The position numbers were made by a program, and so were the translations under genes. Positions 1 through 10,359 of a stretch of 58,557 nt of DNA are shown here, piece by piece; the stretch's first letter is position 1, and each line of letters opens with the position of its first letter. Source of the DNA: Bdellovibrionia bacterium. GTDB taxonomy: Bacteria > Bdellovibrionota > Bdellovibrionia > Bdellovibrionales > UBA1609. The notes below the pieces were generated by a model that did not search any database, had not been told where the DNA came from, and was given only the letters and a program-made list of their open reading frames with translations. The stretch spans positions 1 to 58,557 of the forward strand of contig JAUILT010000004.1 in assembly GCA_030432925.1 (NCBI GenBank). Reading direction: 5' to 3'.

Positions 1-156
1 ATTTTTAAGCAACTCCAATTTGCTCCTCCTCGAATTGGCTTCTGGCCAGTCCTTCGTCGTCTCGCATTGAATTTGCTCAAAAATTCCTGCGCTGCCGGTG
101 AAAAATTTTATTGGTTACGACACTAGTAAAATGGGTGGCTTTGGGTATAATCTGAA

Positions 157-693
157 GTGATGCTGTTTTTTTTGAAGACAATTTTGTTTCTGACTGCGAT
201 TTTCACCTGTTTTCAGCCACAAGTTCTGGCTCAGTCAGGTACATCCGAAGCAGACCCTACAGGCCAGAATGTTCTTTGGGAGTGGGGAGTTCATGGTGGT
301 AACCTGCTCCCCAACCAAATTCCAGGATTGACCGAAATCACGGGGCTTGGTGGAGTGCGAGGAGGTTACCGAATCGCCCCTTCCGGCTTTTTAGAATCTG
401 GAATTGCCACGGGGAGTGGGTATGGGGCAACTTGGACCAACGCGCATATTGCGGCTCGTATGGAAATTCCAGTAGAAACACTTGTTGGTCATGTCTTTGC
501 TGGACTGGATACTATTTACTATCAGGGAGCCGGTCGCTCCAAAAAACTTTTTGGTGGTGGACATGTTGGCGGTGGTATTCAGGCTCAGTTAGGAGGGTCG
601 GTTTGGTTTCGCTCCAATATGAAGTTCACTGTTAACCCAGGAACGTCCATGTACATTGATTTTGGAATCATGTTTCGTATTCCTGGGTCATAA
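157..693 (+). CDS. Outer-membrane beta-barrel protein (small, OmpA/OmpW-like fold)
   Basis: Signal peptide ending ...VLAQ; Gly/aromatic-rich alternating beta strands; C-terminal strand MYIDFGIMFR. A TATAAT box at 146-151 lies just upstream. Confidence 0.6.
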   Translation: MMLFFLKTILFLTAIFTCFQPQVLAQSGTSEADPTGQNVLWEWGVHGGNLLPNQIPGLTEITGLGGVRGGYRIAPSGFLESGIATGSGYGATWTNAHIAARMEIPVETLVGHVFAGLDTIYYQGAGRSKKLFGGGHVGGGIQAQLGGSVWFRSNMKFTVNPGTSMYIDFGIMFRIPGS

Positions 694-2253
694 AATAGTG
701 TCTTTTTTCCACTCTTGTCGTGTTTCCGGATAATCTAAATTAAAGTGAATACCTCGGGACTCTTTGCGCCTGAGAGCACAGCGAACTGTTAGTTCGGCGA
801 CAAGTGCAATATTTCTCAGTTCCTCAATATCTGAGTGAGGGGGGAGTTGAGAGTAGTAATCATGAATCTCTTGGTTGATCAGTTGTAACCGATGCAAAGC
901 TCGTTGCAGTCTACGGTTGGAGCGAACAATGCCCACGTAGTTCCACATTAATCTTCGGATTTCTTCCCACATGTGATGAATAACAACCATTTCATCATCA
1001 TTTTTTAATAATTTTTTTGATGTCGTAAAAATGGGCTTCATGAGTGAAACAGTTTTTACTGGATCTTGCGATATAATTTTTGCACAATGGTGAGCTGTCA
1101 CCATGCACTCCAGCAGAGAGTTGGATGCTAGTCGATTAGCTCCATGCAAGCCCGTACATGCTGATTCTCCCAAGCAGTACAGATTTTTTATATTTGTTCT
1201 GCCCGAAATATCGGTAAGTACTCCACCACACAGATAGTGAGCAGCAGGCACAACAGGCATTGGGGTTTTGCTGATATCAAGACCTAGGCCTTGGCAGCGA
1301 GAAAAAATTTGTGGAAATCGTTTTTGCAAAAAATCACGGTTATGGTGGGTCATGTCCAGGCGGACATAATCATCTCCAGATCTTTTCAACTCACTATCGA
1401 TAGCTCGGGCAACAATGTCTCTGGGAGCAAGGCTGTCAGTGAACTCTTCTCCATGGCCGTTGATAAGGCGTCCTCCCTCTCCACGCAAGGCTTCTGAAAT
1501 AAGAAAGTTTCTGGAGGTGGGGTTAAAAAGGCAGGTGGGATGAAATTGCATGAACTCAAGGTTGGCCACGCGGGCTCCGGCTCTGTAAGCCATAGCGATT
1601 CCATCTCCTGTGGCTCCTTCCCAGTTGGAGGTGTAAAGATAGGATTTGCCTGCACCTCCTGTGGCTAAAACAGTGTGCTCTGCCAGCAAAGGTTTTATAG
1701 TACCCGTCTGTTTGTTCAGAATGTGAACACCAATACAAGGGGTGTCTTCCTCTTGTTGAGGAGCAAGGTCACTCATTAAAATTAAATCGGTAGCAAAAAG
1801 GTTTTCTTGAAGATCAATATTTTTGTGATCTATGGCTTTTTGCAGTAGGTGTCTATGAATGGACTGTCCTGTGTGGTCAGATATATGCAGAATTCTTCGT
1901 TCCGAATGTCCGCCCTCTCTACCCAGGGAAAACTCTTCACTGGAATCGGAGCGATCAAACTCAACACCCCAATTTGCCAAGTCGCGAATTCTCTCAGGAG
2001 CCTCCTCTGTGATTTGTTGAACAACATCCGGTTGGCAGAGCCCTGCTCCAGCCCTCAGTGTGTCTTCAAAGTGTTTTTGAGGAGAGTCTCCTTTGTTGAT
2101 AGCGGCTGCAATTCCTCCTTGAGCCATGGACGTGTTGGTCTGATTCAGAGATACTTTGGAGATAAGAGTGACTTTGCGGTGAGAAGCGAGCTTGAGTGCA
2201 AAAACCAGCCCGGCCAAGCCTGAACCGACAACAATCACGTCTTGATTTTGCAT
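688..2253 (-). CDS. nadB: L-aspartate oxidase
   Basis: GSGLAG FAD motif, AQGGIAA, EGGHS-RRILH, EFMQFHPT, LAPRDIVAR, GLHGANRLASNSLLE, ESRG-H. Confidence 0.96.
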   Translation of the reverse strand: MQNQDVIVVGSGLAGLVFALKLASHRKVTLISKVSLNQTNTSMAQGGIAAAINKGDSPQKHFEDTLRAGAGLCQPDVVQQITEEAPERIRDLANWGVEFDRSDSSEEFSLGREGGHSERRILHISDHTGQSIHRHLLQKAIDHKNIDLQENLFATDLILMSDLAPQQEEDTPCIGVHILNKQTGTIKPLLAEHTVLATGGAGKSYLYTSNWEGATGDGIAMAYRAGARVANLEFMQFHPTCLFNPTSRNFLISEALRGEGGRLINGHGEEFTDSLAPRDIVARAIDSELKRSGDDYVRLDMTHHNRDFLQKRFPQIFSRCQGLGLDISKTPMPVVPAAHYLCGGVLTDISGRTNIKNLYCLGESACTGLHGANRLASNSLLECMVTAHHCAKIISQDPVKTVSLMKPIFTTSKKLLKNDDEMVVIHHMWEEIRRLMWNYVGIVRSNRRLQRALHRLQLINQEIHDYYSQLPPHSDIEELRNIALVAELTVRCALRRKESRGIHFNLDYPETRQEWKKDTIL

Positions 2254-2409
2254 AACCTGGAGCCTCCCTGGACCCCAGGTTATATACCCAAAATGGTTGA
2301 GAGAGGCTTTAAAACGCCTAGCGTTAATTTTCTCTGTCAGGACTCTCGTCTTGCGTTCCTTGGGGGACTAAAACTAAAATAAGATCGAGGACTTAAGAAG
2401 AGTTCAAGA

Positions 2410-4641
2410 ATGTCATGGAAGGTGAAGACAATGCGTGTAAAATTAGCCATGGCTATTGGTCTGGGAATTTTAGCTCTGACCTTCATGACGGCCATTAAAA
2501 TCACCTCATTGGGGAGCGAGGAGCGGTCCCGCTTTCTTCGTGGCAGCGTTCAGAGTGAGGTGGGGCTTGCTAAGACAAATGCCAGTCTCTTGTCAAAAAA
2601 TTATGCTGAGCTTTTAACTCAGGCGACCTCTGTTGAGGAGTCTATTCGTAGGGAAAGCTCTCCCGGAGTGGTCAATTCTATTTTTATTAAAGGCCCTTTT
2701 TTGACAGTGGCTCTTTTGGAGCCTGCGGATATTTCTGGTTGGAATTTAAGATGGATAAAAAATAAGACAGATCAAGAGGGGGCCTGGACGCAGTCCAATG
2801 GTCAACAAGTGGCTCAAGATTTACCGTTGGCCGCAGTGAGTGACGAAAATATAATCTGGCATAGACATTTATCAAAGACTGGACATGCACTTTACACATT
2901 AATGATTCGAGTGAGGGTGCCCAACCCTGAAACTGGAAAAATGGTCAATATGGTAGCCCTTGGAACTTTGAATAATCAGGCCTTTTCAACAGTTGTGGAG
3001 AGTTTTAAGTCCACCACTAGAGAAGTTATGGTTCTTGATGATAAGGGATATGCTTTGGCTTACACAAGCCAACAGTATGTAGGGGCTCCCATGAACACTC
3101 ACCCCATGGTGGAAACTCTTTTGAATGAGAGAAAAGTCATTGATATCGGAAGCTATCAAGATAGAGGTGGAGCAGATATAGTTGGCGCCTATGAGCGTCT
3201 TGACGAGAGCAACCTTTATGTTGCTGTGGCTCAGAAACTGGGGAGCTATCCGAGTTTATTTTCAGCTCAACTTGTGAGCCTTATCGGATTGGCAGTGGCA
3301 TCATTTTTGATTGCTATTTCTTTTGGTTTTTTGTTGGTTCGCCCTACAATAGCTGCTTATGAATATCTCCAGGACCTTGCCATTGCATTGGGGCAGGGGC
3401 TGCCGGTGAGGCAGCCAGCTTATTTTGCCGACATGCCCCCGGTATTGATTCAATCCATTCAAAAACTTCAGGCAGATCCCCCTCCTGTGCACCCTTCAAC
3501 TGAAGCCTCTGGGGATACGTTATCCACGCGGCCGTCTGTAGCGCAGGAAGTGAGCGAAGAGGAAAAGGTAAAGATCTATAAGGAGGTAGCTTCTGGTTTG
3601 GCCATGGCGTTGAAAGAGCCAGTGAATGTTATACTTGGGCAATCACAGCTAGCACGAGCAAAGTTGGAGGACCAGGGTATTACAGACCACTATACTGCTA
3701 TCGAACGTGAGGCTCGAAGAGTACGTTCTACAGTAGAAAACCTCATGAAAGTTTCAGGAGCAGAGTCTCTTCAACTGCAACGGGAGGATTTGCATGAAAT
3801 TGTTCTTTCTGCCCTTAAAGAGGTACGACCAGAGTTGGAAGCATTTGGAGTGCAGGTTCGAAAGGATTTACGTCCTGCGAGTCCAATCAAAGTAGACGCA
3901 AATCGTCTGAGAACGGCTATTACAGAAATTTTGAAAAATGCAGTGGAGGCTATGCAAGATGTTGCAGATAAGGAGCTTTTTCTACTTATTAAAGATGAGG
4001 GAAAATATTTGACCTTGACTATTCAGGATACAGGTGGAGGAATTTCTGAGCAGGGGCTCTCCCGAGTCTTCACACCTTTTTATAGCACTAAATCGGAAAT
4101 GCAACATAAAGGCTTGGGACTTTCTGTAGCCAAAGGAATTGTAGAGTCTTGTTTAGGAAAATTAAGAGTGGACTCTACGGGGCCGCAAGGAACTCGCGTT
4201 ATTATGGAGTTTCCCTTACTTCAGGCAGCTAGTGATAAGTCAGAAGAATCTCCAGCAGTGAACACTCCAGTTGAAGAGGGAGTTCAACCTTTAGTGGCAA
4301 AAATGCCTAGTCTTGAAGACAAGTTGCCTGAAATTGATCAGGTAGACCTTGCCGGAGTTCGGCCATTGACTGGGTCTGATGCAGATAACCTACCTTCACC
4401 ACCTTCTGATGAGGAGGAGGCAGAGCTGCATCAAATCCGTATGCAAGATGCTACGACAGATATTCGAGATCTATCGAGTATGGAAGAAGAGCTTGATGAT
4501 GAGTCACAAATAGCGATTCTTGAAGAATCTGTCGCAGGTAGTGACTTGGACCTGATCAGTGGTGACGATGATTCCAACGACAATGATGAGCCCGGATTCA
4601 CTGTGACCATTCGCAAACCAAAAGTGGGAAGCGGTGAATGA
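2410..4641 (+). CDS. Membrane sensor histidine-kinase-like protein (periplasmic Cache-like sensor, HATPase_c, acidic tail); phospho-acceptor His apparently absent
   Basis: Two TM segments; N box EILKNAVEA, G1 IQDTGGG, F box FTPFYST, G2 GLGLSV. The H box reads ASGLAMALKEPV instead of AGIAHEINNPL. Confidence 0.8.
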   Translation: MSWKVKTMRVKLAMAIGLGILALTFMTAIKITSLGSEERSRFLRGSVQSEVGLAKTNASLLSKNYAELLTQATSVEESIRRESSPGVVNSIFIKGPFLTVALLEPADISGWNLRWIKNKTDQEGAWTQSNGQQVAQDLPLAAVSDENIIWHRHLSKTGHALYTLMIRVRVPNPETGKMVNMVALGTLNNQAFSTVVESFKSTTREVMVLDDKGYALAYTSQQYVGAPMNTHPMVETLLNERKVIDIGSYQDRGGADIVGAYERLDESNLYVAVAQKLGSYPSLFSAQLVSLIGLAVASFLIAISFGFLLVRPTIAAYEYLQDLAIALGQGLPVRQPAYFADMPPVLIQSIQKLQADPPPVHPSTEASGDTLSTRPSVAQEVSEEEKVKIYKEVASGLAMALKEPVNVILGQSQLARAKLEDQGITDHYTAIEREARRVRSTVENLMKVSGAESLQLQREDLHEIVLSALKEVRPELEAFGVQVRKDLRPASPIKVDANRLRTAITEILKNAVEAMQDVADKELFLLIKDEGKYLTLTIQDTGGGISEQGLSRVFTPFYSTKSEMQHKGLGLSVAKGIVESCLGKLRVDSTGPQGTRVIMEFPLLQAASDKSEESPAVNTPVEEGVQPLVAKMPSLEDKLPEIDQVDLAGVRPLTGSDADNLPSPPSDEEEAELHQIRMQDATTDIRDLSSMEEELDDESQIAILEESVAGSDLDLISGDDDSNDNDEPGFTVTIRKPKVGSGE

Positions 4642-6146
4642 ATATTCAAAAGTACCGGTCCTCTTTTACCTGTCACATTATTACTGACAAGGGCACTGGT
4701 GAAGGGCTTGCTCGAGGAGTGGCTCAGGCAGGCTATCGGACAGCGGTATTTGAAGATTTTACGATATTTCTTCAAGGGGCAAGACAAGACCCTCCCCACT
4801 TTGTGCTACTGATGAGAGAGGGCTTTGAGTCTGAAGTTGTTAAATCAGAGCTTTTGAAAATTCACCAGTTGCTGCCAGAATCTGAGGTCATTTTACTGGT
4901 AAATCATGAGCAGCTCTCTCTGGCCTGGGAGCAAGTAGGACGCAGCGTATTTGCAATGACTTCATTTCCACTGAACCATCCACTTCAAGTGATTAAAGAG
5001 TTAGATCACGCGGCTCAAAATACTTTTTTTAAATACCAAAATGAACAACTACACGAAGCGCTTAAAGAGGTTCATGCGAGTTCAAGAGATGTGCAAAGGC
5101 CTGCCCCTGAGGTTGAAGTCTCCGACCCTTTCTTCAGTTATGCAGATTATCAACGGTCTTTATTTCAACAATTGAGTCATGGCTCTAGCATTGAAATTTT
5201 CATGAAAGAGTTACATAGATTTTTTAAGTCACAGTCAGGAAAAGCCATTTACTTTAAGTATATTGGTGCTAGAAAAACTATTATTCATCAGTTTTCTGCA
5301 GGGTTGGAGAGAGATGATATTGCGGACTTGGGAATTAATTTTTCAAAAGTTGATTCTGCTTTTAGAAAGTCTCACATCAAGCGAGTAGAAACGCATCCCG
5401 CCTTTCAAGAGATGTTAAAAAATGTTTTTAACGTGGACCGCTTTCATGCCCTTAAGCTTGAGGTGTTAGGGGAGGTTTTTGGAGTCCTCATTTTATGGGA
5501 TATACAGGCGGACTCAGAAGATTTTTCTTATGTGGAAAATAGTTTTTTTCTGCTCAACAGAAATTGTCTGGCTGTGGAGTTAGAAAAACGTTTACATACA
5601 AATCAGATTTATGATCTAGCTTCCCAAGCTTATAACAAACATCATTTTTTACAGCGAATGACCGAGGAAATTGCGAGGGCTCGTCGTACATCTCTTCCCG
5701 TCAGTTTTATCTTACTGAGTATCGATAGAATGGAAGAAGTTACTCAAGGATGTGACAGAGAAGATCTTTCGTTGTTTTTGAAGTCTTTGGTAAGAATTAT
5801 CCAAAAGCACTCTCGGATTAACGACGTCATTGGTCGATTAGGGCAGGATGAGTTTGGACTTTTACTTCCACACACAGCATCCAAAGGTGGTGCTATTAAG
5901 GCCGAGAGGATTCGTAGAATGATTGAGTCTGCTGATTTTTCGCAGGTGCTTCCTGGTTACTCGCAAATGACTCTGAGTTTGAGTGTTAGTGAGTACCCGG
6001 GAGTTTGCAAAGATGCAGATGAACTTTTTCAGTCTGCAGACAGAGCACTTTATGATTTGAAAAAAAATGAGTTAAACAAAGTTGTTATGGTCAAAGCCCC
6101 TGAGGGGTTTATTGCTGACTTTGTAACTCCTAAACCGAACTATTAG
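4638..6146 (+). CDS. Degenerate GGDEF-domain protein with N-terminal pseudo-receiver (CdgA-like c-di-GMP receptor)
   Basis: RIND-VIGRL-GQDEF (RxxD I-site intact, GQDEF instead of GGDEF); ADELFQSADRALY; N-terminal REC-like segment; ATGA overlap with the upstream gene. Confidence 0.8.
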   Translation: MNIQKYRSSFTCHIITDKGTGEGLARGVAQAGYRTAVFEDFTIFLQGARQDPPHFVLLMREGFESEVVKSELLKIHQLLPESEVILLVNHEQLSLAWEQVGRSVFAMTSFPLNHPLQVIKELDHAAQNTFFKYQNEQLHEALKEVHASSRDVQRPAPEVEVSDPFFSYADYQRSLFQQLSHGSSIEIFMKELHRFFKSQSGKAIYFKYIGARKTIIHQFSAGLERDDIADLGINFSKVDSAFRKSHIKRVETHPAFQEMLKNVFNVDRFHALKLEVLGEVFGVLILWDIQADSEDFSYVENSFFLLNRNCLAVELEKRLHTNQIYDLASQAYNKHHFLQRMTEEIARARRTSLPVSFILLSIDRMEEVTQGCDREDLSLFLKSLVRIIQKHSRINDVIGRLGQDEFGLLLPHTASKGGAIKAERIRRMIESADFSQVLPGYSQMTLSLSVSEYPGVCKDADELFQSADRALYDLKKNELNKVVMVKAPEGFIADFVTPKPNY

Positions 6147-6155
6147 GTACCCCCA

Positions 6156-7325
6156 TTGATTACAGAGATATCGACCTCTAATTTTAGAAAAACACGTGCA
6201 TTGATTGATTTGAATGCTATTAAAAGCAACCTCCTGTTTTTGAAAAGCCAGCTTCAATCTAAAGATCAGTTTTTTTGTCCCATGGTTAAATCCAATGGCT
6301 ACGGTCATGGAGATATTGAAGTGGCTCGTATTTGTGAGCAAGTGGGTGTAAGTGGTGTGGGAGTTGCTCTCTTGGAAGAGGGCATACGTCTGCGAAAGTC
6401 TGGTATTAGTTGTGATATTTTTGTATTTGGCCCCATTCTTGATGAGGCCGTGGGAGAGTTGGTCACACATAGGCTGGTTCCTGTTATAGGCCAGTGGCCA
6501 GAGCTACGTGCTTTGAAAAAGGTGATTGGTGACTCTGGTTCAGTGGATGTGCATATCAAGTTTAATACGGGTATGAACCGACTGGGCTTTCCAATTCAAG
6601 AATCTGATAGATTAGTGAATTTTTTTGAATCAGAAAAAAATATTAATCTTGCAGGCATATGTTCACACCTGTCTGATGGTGATGACGTGGGAGTTGTAGG
6701 AGGGGTTTCAGAAAGGCAGATTGAGGCGCTTGTAGACCTTGAGAAAAAATTTTTAAAATTTTCGCCAATTGTTCATTTATGGAACTCTTCTGGCTGGTTT
6801 TCAATGTTGAAGCACAAGTCCGAATTAGAAGCTGTATCTCAGTGGGGAGTTCGACCAGGCATTGCTATTTACGGTGTTCAGCCTCTTGAAACAGAAATAT
6901 TTACGGAGCTGAAGCCAGCGATGATTCTTGAATCAGAAATTGTGACTATACAGAAGGTGTTGAAGGGGCAAAGTGTATCTTATGGATCTACATGGACAGC
7001 TGATAAAGATACTCTCGTTGGGGTTATTCCCATTGGTTATGCTGATGGCTACTCCCGTGCATTTTCCAGAAAGGGCCAGATGATTGTCGGTGGGCAAAAA
7101 GTGCCGGTGCTGGGAGTTATTTGTATGGACTATACCATGGTAAACCTTACCGACTTAAATATTGATCCTAAACAGGATTTAGGTAAGGAAGTCATCCTTT
7201 TAGGTCGTCAAGGTGACCAGAAAATCACTGCAGAAGAACTTGCAGAGGTGATTGATACAATTCCTTATGAGATAATCACGTGCATAGGGAGAAGAGTTCC
7301 CAGAGAGTTTAAGGGTCACCTATAA
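6156..7325 (+). CDS. alr: Alanine racemase
   Basis: VKSNGYGHG PLP-lysine motif, HIKFNTGMNRLG, VRPGIAIYG, IGYADGY, ICMD, TIPYEI. Confidence 0.96.
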   Translation: MITEISTSNFRKTRALIDLNAIKSNLLFLKSQLQSKDQFFCPMVKSNGYGHGDIEVARICEQVGVSGVGVALLEEGIRLRKSGISCDIFVFGPILDEAVGELVTHRLVPVIGQWPELRALKKVIGDSGSVDVHIKFNTGMNRLGFPIQESDRLVNFFESEKNINLAGICSHLSDGDDVGVVGGVSERQIEALVDLEKKFLKFSPIVHLWNSSGWFSMLKHKSELEAVSQWGVRPGIAIYGVQPLETEIFTELKPAMILESEIVTIQKVLKGQSVSYGSTWTADKDTLVGVIPIGYADGYSRAFSRKGQMIVGGQKVPVLGVICMDYTMVNLTDLNIDPKQDLGKEVILLGRQGDQKITAEELAEVIDTIPYEIITCIGRRVPREFKGHL

Positions 7326-8161
7326 TGCTTCAATATTGGTTGCAACATAGAGATAGGGTGAATAATACGCTGGATGAAATTTTCATATCAGTGGGCCTTA
7401 AGATTATTGGTTTTTTCCATAACACTGGAAAGACTTTTCTTTTCTTTTTTGAATGTTTTCCTTTAGCTTTCAAGAAGCCTTCTCGCATTGATGAGATTAT
7501 TAGGCATATGGAGTTTGTCGGAAATAAATCTATTCTTATTATCATACTCACTGGAAGCTTCACAGGAATGGCCATGAGCTTTCAGATTTATCTAGGGTTT
7601 CAACTGGTCAATGCAACAAACTTAGTTGGCCCTACTGTGGCTTTGGGAATCACTCGAGAGTTGGGACCTGTTTTGACGGGGTTGATTGTAGCAGCTCGAG
7701 CTGGCGGAGCTATGGCTGCGCGACTGGGAACGATGCGAGTGTCTGAGCAAATTGATGCTCTAGAAGTTATGGGTGTCGATCCCAAGCAGTACCTAGTGGC
7801 GCCGAGAATTTTGGCAGCATTTATTACCATGCCGTTGTTGTGTGGGGTTTTTGATTTTATTGCTATGGTGGGAGCTCATGTTTTGTGTATTAATATTCTC
7901 GGGCTTGATGAGGCCATTTTTTGGGACAAGATTCAGCTGTGGATCGATCCAGGAGATATTAATGAAGGACTATTAAAGTCTGCTGTATTCGGTCTGACTT
8001 TTGCGGCCATTTGCACCAATAAGGGTTTCAATACTACGGGCGGGGCTAAAGGAGTTGGAGAGGCCACCAATCAGGGAGTTGTTAATAGTATGGTGATGAT
8101 TATTGTAATTAATTATTTTATGACAAACCTGATCAGATTTTTTTACGCGGTGACGGGGTAA
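7325..8161 (+). CDS. mlaE: MlaE-family ABC transporter permease
   Basis: RELGPVLTGLIVAARAG, LGTMRVSEQIDALEVMG, GGAKGVGEAT. Confidence 0.93.
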   Translation: MLQYWLQHRDRVNNTLDEIFISVGLKIIGFFHNTGKTFLFFFECFPLAFKKPSRIDEIIRHMEFVGNKSILIIILTGSFTGMAMSFQIYLGFQLVNATNLVGPTVALGITRELGPVLTGLIVAARAGGAMAARLGTMRVSEQIDALEVMGVDPKQYLVAPRILAAFITMPLLCGVFDFIAMVGAHVLCINILGLDEAIFWDKIQLWIDPGDINEGLLKSAVFGLTFAAICTNKGFNTTGGAKGVGEATNQGVVNSMVMIIVINYFMTNLIRFFYAVTG

Positions 8162-8163
8162 GT

Positions 8164-8922
8164 TTGGAAATAGCCATTGATTTATTGAATCTGAAAAAAA
8201 GTTTTGACGGAGGTAAAGACTATGTCCTTAAAGGAGTTGATCTGACTATTCCAAAAGGCTCTTTGACTGTGATTATTGGTTTTTCGGGGACTGGAAAATC
8301 TGTGTTACTCAAGCATATTCTAGGGCTTATTAAACCTTCGTCAGGGACTATTAAAGTTTTAGGTAAAAATTTGACAGAAATGTCCATGGATGAATTGATT
8401 CATTTTCGAACTAACCTTGGAGTATTGTTTCAGTATGCAGCACTTTTTGATGATATGAGTGCATTGGAAAATGTTTGTTTTCCTTTACATGAACACAGGA
8501 GAAACCTTCCCGCAGAACAGATTATAGAAATTGCTGAGAGAAAGTTAATTGCTTCAGGGCTCGATGAGAAGCATTTTCATAAGCTACCTGCAGAAATGAG
8601 CGGTGGAATGAGAAAGCGTGTAGGGCTGGCAAGAGCTCTGGCCTTAGATCCTGAAATCCTTCTTTATGATGAGCCGACAACGGGACTAGACCCAATTTTA
8701 ACAGAAATGGTGGATAATTTGATTGTGGAAACTCATGAGGCTCATGAAGGGACAACGAGTGTGGTGGTATCTCACGACCTGATTGCAGCTTTTCGTATAG
8801 CTCATCACATTGTGATGTTGGATAAGGGAAAAGTTCTTCTTCAGGGGACTCAGGAAGACTTCAAAAACTCCGATGTAGAATTGGTACAAAGATTTTTAGC
8901 TAAAGGACTTAGAACACAATGA
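8164..8922 (+). CDS. mlaF: MlaF-family ABC transporter ATP-binding protein
   Basis: Walker A GFSGTGKS, signature MSGGMRKRVGLARAL, Walker B LLYDEPTTGLDP; located between mlaE and an MCE gene. Confidence 0.92.
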   Translation: MEIAIDLLNLKKSFDGGKDYVLKGVDLTIPKGSLTVIIGFSGTGKSVLLKHILGLIKPSSGTIKVLGKNLTEMSMDELIHFRTNLGVLFQYAALFDDMSALENVCFPLHEHRRNLPAEQIIEIAERKLIASGLDEKHFHKLPAEMSGGMRKRVGLARALALDPEILLYDEPTTGLDPILTEMVDNLIVETHEAHEGTTSVVVSHDLIAAFRIAHHIVMLDKGKVLLQGTQEDFKNSDVELVQRFLAKGLRTQ

Positions 8923-10256
8923 ACCTTATTGGGTCACCAGAATTCAAAGTGGGCATACTTGTCGTGATTGTTTCAGGGCTAATTGGTGTGATGTCTATAA
9001 AAGTGGCTGAAGGTCCGGGGGTCCTAGCGGGAGACAAAGAGGTCCACTTTGTTGTGGATGATGCTGGAGGGTTGGTTAAGAACAGTGCCGTAAAGATGGC
9101 CGGCATTAAGGTGGGAGTCATTGATGAAATTGAACTTGTGGATGGCAAGGCTAAGGTACATTTAGTTCTTGATGGAGACGTCCCTCTGACTACATCTGGA
9201 AAAGTTGAGTTGCGCTCCGATGGGATTCTGGGGGACAAACACGTAGAGCTGGTTCCAGGGAGCCCCACAGACCCTGAGGTTAAAGAGAACTCTCAGCTTC
9301 CAATGTCTGATACTCAAGCGGGACTTGATAACATCATGAAAGAAGTGGGGAAAATTGCTCAATCTCTGAACCAGTTAGGAGACAACCTCAACAAAGCCAC
9401 TTCCGGCGATGGTGATCCGAACACTCCAGTAGGGCGTATCATCTTGAATATTGAGAAATTGACAAAAGATTTGGCTGAAGTCTCTGCTGAGAACAAAGAA
9501 AAGATCAATAATATCATTGCTCGTGTGGATAGCCTAACGACGAACTTGGATACTTATATCAACCAAGAGAGCCTGGCACGTATTGACAAGTCCATTCAGA
9601 ATATTGAGGAAATCACCACCAAGATCAATGAGGGTGAAGGGACCGTGGGGCGCTTAATCAATGACGATGAAACAGTAGAAAAAATCAATACAGCCGTGGC
9701 CAAGGTGAATGACTTTTTGGGGGGTGCGGATAAAATGGAAATGAGTATTGATTATCACTCAGAGTATCTGGCTGACGTAGACCTGACTAAATCTTACCTG
9801 GGAGTGAAGATCAAGCCAGGGCTGGATCGTTATTACGATATCCAAGTTGTGGACGATCCACGTGGCGTGGTTCGAAAAACCAAAACTGAAACCAACCTGA
9901 GCCCCACAGAAGAAAAAACAGTCACATTTTATAACAAAATTAAACTGACGGCTCTATTTGCTAAAAACTTTTATAACTTTACTATTAAAGGAGGCTTGAT
10001 CGAAAACTCTGGAGGTGTGGCCTTTGATTACCACTTATTTGACCGGCGCTTGACCCTGTCGGCAGAGTTTTTTGATTTTGATGATCTTTATATAAGAAGT
10101 TTTGCTCGACTGAATATTTTAGATGGAGTCTACCTAATTGGTGGAGGGGATAACCTGATGTCCTCAGGAGACACCAGCTCTAGCGCCTTTGTGGGAGCCG
10201 GAATCTTTATTACAAATGACGACCTGAAGACTCTGGCATCATTTGCGAGTTTCTAG
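8919..10256 (+). CDS. mlaD: MlaD/MCE-domain protein with long helical region and beta-rich C-terminus
   Basis: N-terminal TM anchor; MCE motifs AGGLVKNSAVKMAGIKVG and GILGDKHVEL; GEGTVGRLIND helical repeat; C-terminal amphipathic strands ending in Phe. Confidence 0.88.
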   Translation: MNLIGSPEFKVGILVVIVSGLIGVMSIKVAEGPGVLAGDKEVHFVVDDAGGLVKNSAVKMAGIKVGVIDEIELVDGKAKVHLVLDGDVPLTTSGKVELRSDGILGDKHVELVPGSPTDPEVKENSQLPMSDTQAGLDNIMKEVGKIAQSLNQLGDNLNKATSGDGDPNTPVGRIILNIEKLTKDLAEVSAENKEKINNIIARVDSLTTNLDTYINQESLARIDKSIQNIEEITTKINEGEGTVGRLINDDETVEKINTAVAKVNDFLGGADKMEMSIDYHSEYLADVDLTKSYLGVKIKPGLDRYYDIQVVDDPRGVVRKTKTETNLSPTEEKTVTFYNKIKLTALFAKNFYNFTIKGGLIENSGGVAFDYHLFDRRLTLSAEFFDFDDLYIRSFARLNILDGVYLIGGGDNLMSSGDTSSSAFVGAGIFITNDDLKTLASFASF

Positions 10257-10359
10257 TACATCACACCAGAATCTGGGCTTCGTAACGATACTCCCTTGTG
10301 CAGAGAGTAGGTATTTGATAGAAGTGAGGGCACAACCACAACTCTTAAGGATGCCTCCT

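Noticed and set aside
10-80. Weak REP-like hairpin at the window start
   Set aside because: Pairing is short and imperfect, and upstream context is outside the window.
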